A stretch of DNA of 62,850 nt, filler included, from Choristocarpus tenellus KU-1152 (Eukaryota; Protista; Phaeophyceae): the NCBI GenBank assembly GCA_964200185.2. It is 10 parts of 10 records of this genome, joined end to end, with 100 filler letters (N's around TTAATTAATTAA, not from the genome) between each part and the next. Parts side by side here need not be neighbours in the genome. Positions count along the whole stretch, not along the records: positions 45,457 to 51,387 come from CAXNAD020009380.1; positions 51,488 to 54,460 come from CAXNAD020023246.1; positions 54,561 to 62,850 come from CAXNAD020004894.1; 7 more parts are not named here. One strand, 5' to 3'. A program made the translations under genes and the position numbers. Numbering within the stretch: the stretch's first letter is position 1; each line of letters starts with the position of its first letter. Below, piece by piece: positions 49,032 through 60,999 of the stretch. The notes beneath the pieces were generated by a model. It was not told where the DNA came from and did no database searches. It saw only the letters and a program-made list of their open reading frames with translations.

Positions 49032-50040
49032 ATGGTGAGGCAGAGATTGTGGGCATGTGATCAAAAGATTCTAGCTGAGGTGATCAACATCAGTGAAGGA
49101 CGACATACTGCCAGCTAACATAAAGCTAGACAACCTATTCGTTCGACGTAGTCGTCTTAGCTACTATGCGGCATATAGTACGATGCAGTTTGAAGCAAAC
49201 TTCTTGTACCATATCCACGAACCTGAAAACAGCGAATAAAAATTGTACACAGTAGTACTATTGAGCCAGACAAATCCAACAAATTATTTCTAGAGGTCAT
49301 AACTGGTACGTAGCAATATGGCTGAGGATTATCATCATAAAGCAAATACTTAATTGTTGCCCTTTTGTCAGTATTAGCGCATCCACCATCTTCCGACTGG
49401 AAGAACACACCTTATGGATCACATGGAAGCGACGAGGGTGTAACAATAATCTTTCCATTGTCAGGGTTCCAACAACAGTAAAATGGAGGGGGAGATGATA
49501 ACGCTAAAGGGTCAGCTAGTTCAACTTGAGAGAACCCAAAGGTTTGCAATTGCTGCTGCCATCAAGGTAGGTGCGCCTGATTTCATAGTGCTAGAAGCTG
49601 TGTGCGAAATTGTAGATATAAATAGCACAGTCGAGTTTCTATCTACATATGTAAAGTGTAGGAGAGTCAGGGGATACATGCCCTTATCTGAGTCCAGAGG
49701 GGCCTTCTAAAGTACATGATAATGGTACACCTACCTGTGCACTTTCACACATATACCCTTGACACAAGTAAACAAACAGAACAAGCATACCCTCATTCAT
49801 ATGCAGACCACATGTGCCTAAAACTAACATCAGAATCACCACCAAAACAAGAACAACAAGGTCAACATCATCACAAAGTGTTCATGTATGCGCTTTGTGC
49901 AGGAGAAGGAAGCACAGATGACAGCAGAACTAACTAGAGTGGTGGAGAAAGAGAAGGAGTATTCAAAAAAACTTGAAGAAGACAAGAGCATTGTAGAGCT
50001 CAAGAACGAGATTCTCACGGAGATGGTTGCAGCAGAGCAG
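49032..50040 (+). CDS. Small coiled-coil protein with N-myristoylation motif MGSNNSK (coding exons 49032-49034, 49465-49566, 49903-~50040; 3' end unresolved)
   Basis: ATG|gtgagg...tgtcag|GGTTCCAACAACAGTAAA gives MGSNNSKMEGEMITLKGQLVQLERTQRFAIAAAIK|EKEAQMTAELTRVVEKEKEYSKKLEEDKSIVELKNEILTEM. Confidence 0.7.
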
Positions 50041-50688
50041 GCATGCCCCTCCACAGTTCCCCATTATGCATCCTACTATTGTAATCCATGTATCTGTACA
50101 AATAGTTCTCAATATGATAGTGTAGTAGGCGTCCTTGACATGTTGTTTCATACGCCGCCTTCAAAATGTGTGTGGTTTAGCCGTGCAAGACTGAGGAAGC
50201 AGATACGAAAATTCGGGGAGATGATAACTTGGGCACATTGCATTCTGCTTCAATTTCTTTTGAACTTTTCCACCTCCATACAATTATGACTGTGATGGTA
50301 GCAGATACAGAAGCACTGGGTATCTATAGGTAGGCAACACGCTTTGTGGTCGTTTGTCATTATCGTATTTTTTTTCTCTACCATTCATGTATACTACTCT
50401 TGACAGAGACTCTCGAGTGTGGAATGTGGGACAACGAAAGACAGGTCTTGGGAGGTGCATGAGTGTTACAACCATGGGAACAGTCACGATTGTTTCTCTG
50501 TTATAGTTACGGTCAGAGATAATGTCGAGTCTGTACTGCAACCCTAGTGTTGGAAATATACAACTGACTGTTGACAGCGATGGAAATATCGAAAAACTGT
50601 GCACAACCATCATAATTCCCCAACAGTGCTGGGGGCGACTGTGGGTGTTAATTAACTCTACCATGCCCTATCTTCCAGATGGTGTTCT

Positions 50689-50948
50689 GACCCGAATCAA
50701 TTAAGAGGGTAGGGGTTTTGCCTTGTTTGCCCACTCGGGCCTTGGCTTCCCACGGGTTTTTTGTGCCCTTTTTTCGTTTTTCGAAACATTTCGGAGTAAT
50801 TAAAATGTGTACGACTATAAAAGATGTGATTGGAGAAAGGATGTTGATACTTCCTAACAAACACGATAGCCAAAATAACATGAAAATCACAACACCGGAT
50901 TTTGCACCCCAAACGGACACGACCCTACCCTCTCTATCGCTTTAATGT
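50689..50948 (+). mobile_element. MITE family A-related subfamily, flanked by TCT/TCT
   Basis: GACCCGAATCAATTAAGAGGGTAGGG ... CCCTACCCTCT + degenerate tip; family-A interior; 260 bp. Confidence 0.8.
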
Positions 50949-51289
50949 TCTATTACAATGACCGATACTGCAAGTTCTTAAAGAAACAGGGACCATAGTA
51001 CAACCGTAGCGCTCTGGAGTGCACTTACCCAAAAACAACCGCCCAGAGGTACGCTGACGGTAAAGTGACAAGAATTCAAAATCGGCAAATATAACATATA
51101 GCACGTACTTTGAAGTGTGGTATATACTTGTGATATTTATTAGTAGTTGAATAAATTATCAGTAAATCGCAACACACATTGAGACCAAGATAATGAACAC
51201 ATCAAATATATGATAGGTACATGTGTGATGGATGAGCTGGCTATGCACAAGGTAGGTGGGAGAGGGACAGGAGGCTACACCATAAAAAG

Positions 51290-51387
51290 GACCCAAATTA
51301 TCTGGGGGGGGGGGGGGGGGGTAAAAAAAGAAGGAAAGGGGGGGGGGGGGGGGAGGGGGGGAGGTCGGGGGGGGGCGCGATAAATAA
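51290..51387. mobile_element. MITE family B-like end with poly-G, truncated by contig end
   Basis: GACCCAAATTATCT followed by a long G run. Confidence 0.6.
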
Positions 51388-51487
51388 NNNNNNNNNNNNN
51401 NNNNNNNNNNNNNNNNNNNNNNNNNNNNNNNTTAATTAATTAANNNNNNNNNNNNNNNNNNNNNNNNNNNNNNNNNNNNNNNNNNNN
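51388..51487. other. Artificial contig spacer
   Basis: N44-TTAATTAATTAA-N44; a separate 10-N gap lies at 51784-51793. Confidence 0.98.
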
Positions 51488-51551
51488 CAAATTGATCCGA
51501 TTGATTTCTATACACCCCTTTTAAGGTTTTTTTTTTGTTTTTTTTTTTTTT

Positions 51552-51582
<31 letters not shown>

Positions 51583-52444
51583 GCGCCTTCTGTGACAAAG
51601 CAGGAATTTTTGTTACTTTTATATTTTCCGACTGGTTGCAGACCTTCGTCGAGTCGCTCAAATTTGAATATAGGGATCTCGATCAGAATGTCTGGTTTTG
51701 GGGAGGGGGGGGGGGGGGGGGGGGGGGCCCTTGGGTTGGGGGGTTGTTTTTTTTTTTGGGGGGGGGTGAATATAGGGACACCCNNNNNNNNNNGGGTGGG
51801 GTGGGGGGGGGGGGGGGGGGGGGGGGTGGGTGGTGGGGGGTGGGGGGGGGGGGGGGGGTGGGGGGGTAGCCCCTTGCATGCTGGAGTTCTCTTTTTTTCT
51901 GGAAGGGTCTGAATATCGGAACACCCGATTTTGCATGCAAAAGTCGACAGACAGACTGCATTCCCTGGCTCAGCATGCAATTGCACAACTGTCGTTGGGT
52001 TAGTTGCGGTTGATGTAGTGTGATCAGAAAGTTATGTTTTATCATTGTGATGGGGTCTCGCTTGTGAGATAGGCGTTTCTTTCTTCTTTTTGATTATATT
52101 TTGTGTAGTTGTTTTATACACGAGTAAAATAAAGACTAAAAAAACAGTTGGAGCTTTTTTGTTTTTATTAGTTTTTGTTAGTTTTTGTGCTGTGGGCGTG
52201 TCACGATTTTTTAACGCCTGCGATTGGGGGGGTTCAATGCATAGAATGTATACAATGTATAGAATGGGGCTTGAAGCGCTCGGCAGATTATCATCATCGT
52301 GAAATAGTTTTTGAATATCGGAGTAGTTCCGCCAGGCATTGATTTTAAATCGTCGTGTTGGAATGAAAACATAAGGTGCTGAATGGGTCGGTCCCTGCAG
52401 ATGTGATAATATGAGAAAAAATAATAATATATGTATATATATTT

Positions 52445-52664
52445 GGTCAGGAGGCGTTCGTTCTGGTCATGTTCAGGAGGCGTTTGTTCTGGTCATGGTC
52501 AGGAGGCGTTTGTCCTGGTCGTAGTCAGGAGGCGTTTGTTCTGGTCATGGTCAGGAGGCGTTTGTCCTGGTCATAGTCAGGAGGTGTTTGTCCTGGTCAT
52601 AGTCAGGAGGCGTTTGTCCTGGTCGTAGTCAGGAGGTGTTTGTCCTGGTCATAGTTAGGAGGCG
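52445..52664. repeat. 26-bp minisatellite, ~8.5 copies (RGTCAGGAGGCGTTTGTCCTGGTCAT)
   Basis: Head-to-tail units with no spacers. Confidence 0.95.
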
Positions 52665-53079
52665 CCCGGGGCTCCTCTCGAAGGACTGATAAGCAGGGGG
52701 TTTCTATGCAGGTGTTTTGGGTGGATATTTACGGGGTTTTATTGACTGGCTCACCACTCTGTTGGTCAGTTGGATGTGAACTTGCTAGTGCTATTAATTG
52801 CTATGGTGTGTGATGGTGTGGGAGTGTGGCCGACAAGGGTGAATGGTTGTGATGATGATATTATTCTTCAGAGTGTTAGTCTTAGGGTTGATATGATTTT
52901 GTCTACAACTCTTTGAGAGGTGAGAGAGGGGCTGCTTCCAAGGACATATGGATATTGTAAAAGTGCCCGGGGGGGGGGTGGGGTGGGGGGGGGGGGGGGG
53001 GGGGTTCAGCAGATTATTTCCTCTTCTACTTGGCAGAAGAGGTGCAAATTGTGACGTACCTATACTGTTATATAGACCT

Positions 53080-53575
53080 TTAGTGGACAACTTCAATATG
53101 CTTGAGCACACACATGAGGCTGGAGAATTGATTTAACCCAGAACTCAAACGCACGAGATGCAAAACGGCGAGCAGACGCACAAAAAGGAGGAGAGTCGAC
53201 CCAACAAAGGAGACAATCAGCTAGACACGGACCTAACCCCACGAGGTCGACGAGCTTGTTCGCCTTAGTAGGAGTTTAGAGTAGGGGGGGAGGGGGATGC
53301 CTGAGTTTAGAGTAAGAGTAGAGTAGAGTAGAGTAGAGTAGAGTAGGCTATACCAAATTGATTCTGTATCACCTAGGCAGACTGCTCATTCCCACCCAGT
53401 GACTCACTCTGCTCACCTATCCATTGCCCCCCTTGGAATTGATGCGGACTGGGTGGTGTGGCAGGTGAGCCCCATTGCAAAGGTTAGGGCGGAATCGTCT
53501 CCGATGACTGCGTCAGAGGTGCTCCGGGCAATGGTCCAGATTGCATTCAATGTGGCGATGCCAATGGTGTACTTC
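53080..53575 (-). CDS. Probable terminal exons of an unidentified gene
   Basis: KYTIGIATLNAIWTIARSTSDAVIGDDSALTFAMGLTCHTTQSASIPRGAMD ends at AG|gtgagc and joins in phase to ctccag|CCTCATG.. (SLMCVLKHIEVVH*). Confidence 0.4.
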
Positions 53576-53597
53576 TCAACAGGGGTGTGTATATATC

Positions 53598-53830
53598 GAT
53601 TGTATTGCATTGTATTATATTGCATTGTATTATATTGCATTGTATTATATTGGATTATATTGGATTGGATAGATTATATTGTATTGATTTATCAGATTGA
53701 TTGTATCATATTGGATTGGATTGGATTGCATTGCATTGAGTTATCGCATTGATTGGATTGGATTTATTTATTTTATTGATTGTATGGTATTGATTTATTG
53801 GATTGATACTATCGCATTGATTGTATTGCA
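53598..53830. repeat. Degenerate pentamer microsatellite (ATTGN)n; (AGAGT)n at 53308-53345
   Basis: Seen directly. Confidence 0.9.
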
Positions 53831-54404
53831 TGTTGTGATTGAAAGTGGTATCTGAGACTGAGCAGTGTCTTCTTCTTAGTGGGTTAAGTTTATTTTTATT
53901 GTGGCACATGAATGATGTTTTTTTGTCTTTTTTTTCAAGGAGTAGATTATTTTCTTTTTTGTTCATATTTTTCTTTTTTGTATGTAGAATGAATGTTGTT
54001 GGGGGTGTGTTCTTCTCCACAACTCTTTTTTTTTATTGAAAATTTGAAAAGGAATTAAAAATCATGTGTACATGTGATCTGTTGAGGGCTCTAATGAATG
54101 TATGGGTTTTACTTGAGGTAGGGGATGGTGTGCATGTATGTGAGTGTGTATTTTACTGTGTGTTTGTTTTTTAATCAAGATTTTGTCTCGTGTACGTTGA
54201 AAAATTGAAAAGGTTAGGGTATATGATAACTATTTTTTTTTAAGTGAGTTGAAAAAAGGATAAAAACGCTGAATTTTTTTTTTAAGTGTTGAGATTTGTC
54301 TTTGTGAAAAGAAAGGACATTACTCCGTGTGACTTTTTTGTAAGTGGTGTAGTGGTGAACGAGGTACACGTTCTGATATGCTCTGTTGAAGGAAGGCTTT
54401 TTTG

Positions 54405-54460
54405 GGGTCAAAGTATCTGGGGGGGGGGGGGGGGTTTGTGAGGGGGCGTCCGTTTCGGTC
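54405..54460. mobile_element. MITE family B-like end, truncated by contig end
   Basis: GGGTCAAAGTATCT + G run + gcgtccgtttcgg. Confidence 0.7.
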
Positions 54461-54560
54461 NNNNNNNNNNNNNNNNNNNNNNNNNNNNNNNNNNNNNNNN
54501 NNNNTTAATTAATTAANNNNNNNNNNNNNNNNNNNNNNNNNNNNNNNNNNNNNNNNNNNN
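54461..54560. other. Artificial contig spacer
   Basis: N44-TTAATTAATTAA-N44. Confidence 0.98.
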
Positions 54561-55599
54561 ACCCAAAATATATCCCAAAGGCAGGAAGAGGTGGGCGAGA
54601 CCGTTCAACCTGTTTGGGGAGGTGATTAGTTAGTTTGGTGGGGGGGGGGGGTTGAAGCAAATGGCTGAGGAGGCAGAGTGTACAATGGGGGTTCTCACAT
54701 CAAACAAGCAGGGAGAAGAGGTAGTCTATCAGACTGCATATGGATCAGGAACTAAGGAAGTTGGAGTCAGCATTTGGAAATCGGAAACGAAGGAGGTTGT
54801 GACAAGAGGCTGCCAGAAGATTTCACCAATCATAACTAATGATGCAGAAAAAAAATCAATGAAATGGTATATAGCAATGTGAGTCAGGCTGTCAGTGGTA
54901 TAATCAGAAGACATTATACCACTAGTGGTTTCTTTCATCCCTGATACCGGGGCATTTTTTTTTTCCAGACTGGTAGGGGATACATGTTGATTGGTTTTGG
55001 ATTGAGAGGTGGTCAGGACTTTGAACAGACGGAATCAGATTTGACAAGGGGAGAAGGAGCCATGTAAAGCTCAACAGTTTACAAACATCAATATGAGGTC
55101 ACAATGTGCTCCCTAAAGCACAGCTTAATACTTACAGTATATAATATCCGTAACAAAAAATATATAGGAACATTGGAACCAGACAAATTGTCAAGAGACA
55201 ACATCTGCACCTTGAGTGATGCATTTATTATTGTAACAAAAAACGTTTTTCACCATCAACATATTTGTTTACCTTTGTTGTCATACCGTACCGCCAGCAT
55301 TTTTTTTTTCAACTTAAATTCCCATTACATGAAAGGCGTACACAAAAGGACCTGGCAACTCCGACAAAACAAACGGAAAGTGATCGTGTGGTACTAGCGT
55401 GATGCCAAGAGACTATCAAGCCAACTGAAAACACCCTCAATGCCTTCCTACACTTCCCTTGAACAGCCCAAACCCTTGCCCCCCACATACAAGAGCCATT
55501 ATCCGTACACACACACAAACATACCCACACCCACACACAGCTTGCTGAGGCCAGAGATCAACAGAACCCACCCACCAATACGAACTCTAGACAAGCCTA

Positions 55600-58500
55600 C
55601 TTTCTCTAGCAGAAAGCTGAGTAACGCCAGCACTTCAAAAAACCTCAAGCTATCTTCAAAGGGTCCTAAGCGCTGATGCATCAATAGTTTATTGAAAAAA
55701 AAAGTGGGATAAAAGGTGATCATTATACTCAAGTACCACCCTGTGAACAGAGGCAGTGTGCAGAGCGGGGTTGCCCGTTGTCATACCACCCATTGTCACA
55801 AACCGTTTGGACCAAGTCATATCCTATCATGAGTTAGGTCTCTTCAGATAGACCAGTTCCCATGGGGTCTCTTCAAGCGACCAGGTTTAGCAGTAGAGTC
55901 AATCTGACTGTCAGACTGACTGGTTTTAGGTCTCTTCAAGAAACCTAGCTTTGAAGTGGACTCTCTTCAGAGACAATGGTTCCCATTGCGTCTCCTCAAG
56001 ACCCCTGGTTCCATCAGAACAGTGGACTCTCTTTGGAGCTACCAGTCGCTGTAGGGCCTCTCTTGCAATCTCCAATCTTCCTCAATCAGTCCACATAAGA
56101 CCTAGTCCAGCACTTACCTCATCCACTCGGTTATGGTTCACCTCGGTCCGTTTCCGTATGAAACTTGTTTGTAGACCCATTGAACCTGAATGCTCTGTAG
56201 CATCCGCCAGGAGGGGTAAGGTGAACAACAACAACAACAAGGAGGGGAAAAAAGAGACAAAAGGCAATCCCTTCCCACCTCTATACAAGCTCCTCCACCT
56301 AAACTCAAAACAAAACCTTAATTTTCATCTCTCACCGCATTTGCAAAATCTGTTGGGTTCACGTCGATTGAAATCTTTTCCCCCTTTCGTCCAAGAAAGG
56401 TCTTCCTCGTCGGCAAAGGTGTATCCAGGTGGGGATGATAGTGCTTGATCACGATGCTGTGCCTCAAGTGATCGCACCCACCTGAGCAGAAGTCAACAGC
56501 TGAATCCTGAGAGGACAAAACAGCAACGGAGGAGAAAAAAAAAGGTTAAAATAGTGATCAAGGGTTGGAGCCGAATTCATTTGGACCGCGCATACATATT
56601 ATCTTTCGACTTTCTGAGGCGTTTGTGTTTGCTTGTTGCTTCTCGTAGTTCAAATGTTGGCAGTAACAGGCTACCTTCACCCTTCTCAATGAAGTGAGCG
56701 TGACCAATCGAAGTGTCAAGTGACAGAGTAGTGACCTTCAGGTACATCCAAAAATAGAAGTGTACCATTGTCTAAACATGAGTACTATTGCAGGCACTAT
56801 GTACATACATACATACATACATATATCGTAGCTTGGATTTCTGAAGTGCAGGTTAAGATGTGTAATTGAAATACACAAAGAATTTAGATAGACAATTTTC
56901 CTTCAGGGGCTGGGTGGGGCAGGCTCAGGTTTACTCGAGTCAACAACCATCAAACCTTGCATTGTGAAAGTGTATTCTCTTCTTTTGAAAAAATTGGATT
57001 GAAGGCAAGGGGCTCCATAGTTGAGGAATATTTCTTCTTAAGAATTTGGAGTACCAATAGTCTGTGTGCACAGTCCCTGCTTCTTGTGAAAATAGATAAC
57101 AGGAACAAAAATATAGATGGCTGTAGATAGAAATGAACAGAAGAGATAGGAAGAATTCTCACCCAAGAGGGATAAACCACATAAAAAACGCCTTGCATAG
57201 AGAGGAAAACACTCTTGCACGGGAATGAAAAGGGACTTCAAAGAGGCTGAAGGCAAGATAAGAGCGGAGGGTGCAGGGGGGAGATGCATGGGTGTCAGGG
57301 ATGGAGAGTAGAATCACTGTTGCTGACAAACAAAATAGCACCCTGGTGGTGGTAGGATGCAAGACCTGAGTTTGGATCCAAGTTTGGAATCCATTCATGT
57401 AACACTGTAAGGGACCAGGCAGATCAGTGCTGTTGGATCTCATTACAACTCATGTCAAAACAATCTTTGCCAATAGATCACAAAGAAGCTGAACCCTGCC
57501 CAAACATAGATACCCTCCCCCACCTACCACACATCCAGTCGTTGCAGTGGGAATGTGCGACATACATGCCATCACCTTAGGCCAAGATCACAACAACAAT
57601 GTGCATTCAACCCGTCAATCTATAGATCCCCCCACAAGTCACATGCGTGCCAAAGATGGTAGGATTGGGCAGGGGGGTTGATCCGTTGTCCACAGCAAGT
57701 CTTACCAACTGACGCATCATAGAGTAGTCTTGCAGCACATTGCAGAAGGGGGCTACGAAGAGCACATGGGCACTGAAGTCTTCACCATTCCACGAAGCCT
57801 CACGCCTTGCTAAGAAGTACTCTGCAGTAAGGCTCCAGAAGTCAGCAAGGATGCCAGGGAGGGTTTCATGGGTGCTAATGTACATCTGGGAGGTCATTGT
57901 GTCCATATTGTGTCCATTTTGGGGAGTGCCGGTTGGTGTAATAGAAGAGGGGCAGCGAGGGTATAAGGGCATATCATCAATTGGTTGGGAATCCAAAGAC
58001 TCGCATGGCAGTTCTTCCTGTCAAATCAATGATTCAATAATTGATAGCGGCGAGACTTCTCTCGCACGGAAGATCAAGGGTACCTGAAAGCACTTGCAAC
58101 CCTTCAGCCGAATAGATTTTTCCATCCATTCCTCCATAGATTCCCGCACCAACTCCTTGTACACCTCTTGCACCGAAGCCTCATGCAGCATTTCGTCGGT
58201 TGAGGCGCCACCCGCACCCCCGTCATCAGAAGACGACGCCCTGAATGATTCTAGGTTGTCGTGGGACCTGCGGAATCTAGCGGATTGACAAGAAGAGAAC
58301 ACAACACAGTCATTAGGAAATTTCAATGTCACCGGTTGACTGAACGCAGAAAATCTGTGCCATGTGTGTTTAGATCGGCGTACTATGGTTCTCTGATTCT
58401 TGGGTTGCACCACTACCTACTTCTTGTCGGTCACAAGGGGTCTAAGATCAAAGATATAACCCTAATTACATAGCAAGGGAGAAAACGGACGTGCGCAACA

Positions 58501-58731
58501 GCTCTTATTGGCGGTACTGAGTAGCCTGAAATCGGATTCCTACCTCCATGGGGTAGAGGTGGTTATCGGGGCAAGACCTGAAAACACACCGCCATCTCCC
58601 CAGGCAGATGCATGATCGATCGCCCTTTGACCAAACCCTCGTAAATACACGGGATAATAAAAAGCATGGGCGAAGAAAGGCGAAAGCGCGACGCCGAGCG
58701 TGATATGTGCCACGCCTTTCATGTTGGACAT
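55600..58731 (-). CDS. Uncharacterised protein with putative bipartite plastid-targeting presequence (exons 58731-58544, 58276-58084, 58017-57706, then probably ~56506-56336 and further small exons)
   Basis: MSNMKGVAHITLGVALSPFFAHA-FYYP resembles a signal peptide with Phe at +1. The first three exons join in phase; the later exon DSAVDFCSGGCDHLRHSIVIKHYHPHLD also fits phase 0. 3' end unresolved. Confidence 0.6.
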
Positions 58732-59449
58732 AGAGAAATCCAAGGATCCTCTTTCTTCCAGTGTTTCGCTTGTCGGAGACTGCGTCGATCCAAGGCAGCT
58801 TCAAACCGTGTTCATATGGATCGCTTCAACCAGTAAGTGAGATATGTACAAGGTCCCAGACGATGCCTAGAGGTAAGGACGAGACGAAAACTACAAGGTT
58901 GGCTTCTATTGATACTTGAATATGTTGAAACCTTTGTTATATCTCCTCCTGTGGATTGTGGATTGAAGTGGAATAAACTGGCTCCAAACCAGATGGAATC
59001 GTGCGTTTTGTGGTTCCGTTTTTTCGCGCGCGCTGTAGATGTTTTCTTTCACTTACACTATCTCTTTATTTTCGTACTTTGAATATAGTAGTATTAATAG
59101 GGATTGTTGTAGTATAATAGGAATGATATAAAATGTACGAAAAACCAATATAACAAAAATTGGCAATATAGTGGGAGAGGATTGGAGGAGAGAACAAAAA
59201 GTCTTGGAAGATTATCTTTTCTTCTGAATAACAAAAACAAATGTTTCCATTCGTCTTCAATTCTGATACATATTATTGTATCTATGAAATCATAATTTAC
59301 TCTGTAAGGCTACCTATGCGTTATTAATATCGTATATTGTTCGCACTTGTTAGAACACGAGAAACAATCCTCACTCTATACATCTGTCACAAATGTTCGT
59401 GTTTGCTTAAACATGGGAAGAAATGCTCGCGCTATTCGTCTGTAACACC

Positions 59450-59989
59450 ACATCTGATGAACAACCAGTGTGATCCCTTCGCTACTGATTTCCAGTCACC
59501 ACTCCAACCTTCAACCCCACTCAACCCCACAACAGTTACCACTCCACCACACCACTCAACACCACACCAAAATCATCCAAGAACACCCCTTCATCACCCA
59601 CTTCATACCGTGCCTTTGAACTAGAAGACATCTACCTCGCCCGAACTTGACCTCTCCTCCGTTTACCCAGCATCCCAATCGGTTGTAAACAAGTGACAGG
59701 ATGGGTGGGCGGGAGAGCTTGCTCGGAGGTTGTCTTGTTCTAGCCCCTCCTCCTCTTGTACCACCAGCCCTCGGTTTTCTTTACATACTGACCATTCCTT
59801 ACCTTGTGCCTCCACCTACCAACCACATCTTTAACTTCTCTGCTGCCTCTTCTACCTCCTAATCATTCAGCACTTGACCCTTCGTTCACCCCTTGACTAC
59901 TTTTTCTATTCCCTTCCTCACCTCTCCCCCCCTTGTACCACATTAACACCAGAATTCTTCCGCCCACAAAACTCACATTACTTCATAAA
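59450..59989 (+). repeat. Dispersed repeat family C, right part
   Basis: One minisatellite unit then ~450 bp colinear with 30690-31183, including the hairpin. Confidence 0.88.
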
Positions 59990-60999
59990 CTTTAAATTTA
60001 ATACACATACAACATGTAGTAAATGTTAATGAATACTATTATTCTTATATTCATCAATATCATGACAACATCACAATCCCTTCATTCATCCTGAACAAAC
60101 CCTTCCCTCGTCAGACAGCATCACAATACCTTCAACGTCCCACAGTAGTTTCATTGCCACATCATTATTTATAATATATGTGTGTGCACAATGATTATTT
60201 CCCTCAGATCAACTTCATATTATAATTACACCTGGTTGTTTTGACGTCGTGACGCCCAACAACTCTACGCAGTTTTATACCACTATATTATAGCAATATA
60301 TTAAAAAGGCACGTGATAGCCGCCTTCCAACTAAAATATACCTTTAAGGTGACCTACCTTGAGAAGATGTACTCAACGTCCGTTCCTCATATATGTCATC
60401 TGGATTTTCATGTTGAAGCTTAACATTTGCTTGAAGTAAATATCGGATGGTTTGAGTAGACCTTACAAACCTCCCTCATTCACTCTTGCCTGTTCACTCT
60501 TTCCTAAGTGACCTTCTGAGGGATTGCTCATCCTCCTGCCTTGTCTCTCTCCATTCCCTTCCTCATGTGGGTCTTGCCGCTCCCCTTCAGTCTGAGAACC
60601 TGTCGGCCTGTTTCCATCTGTTTCACAGTGGCTATGACGGCAGTTGTTCTGAAGTGGGAGAATAGATTAACAGTACTTTCGGGACACTCTTACTACACTA
60701 CCCATAGTTTGAGGACCACATTCGCCCTATATATGTACGCCACGTCACTCTGACTGGCATATAGTCGATCAAGGGGGTGACACAACACGTTCCAAACAAC
60801 AGATAATTATTTTCCGATTTTCCATGGCGGAAGAACTAAAAGAGAACGAACTAGCCAAACACCTTCTACCAACGTTTTATCTCCAGGATCCTCTCTTGAT
60901 GTAGTTATTCCAGAATACGGAAAGAAACTTCTACTTCATAAATCATCCGGAATCTTTGTGGACACATATTTCCAGGTGGTCGATTGGCGTGTTGTCCAG

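Noticed and set aside
52445-52664. CRISPR array
   Set aside because: Units are contiguous with no unique spacers, no cas genes, and the context is eukaryotic.
59441-59989. 5' LTR of the adjacent Gypsy element starting TGTAACACC
   Set aside because: Other family C copies extend further left and no TGG-initiated PBS follows; kept only as an open alternative.
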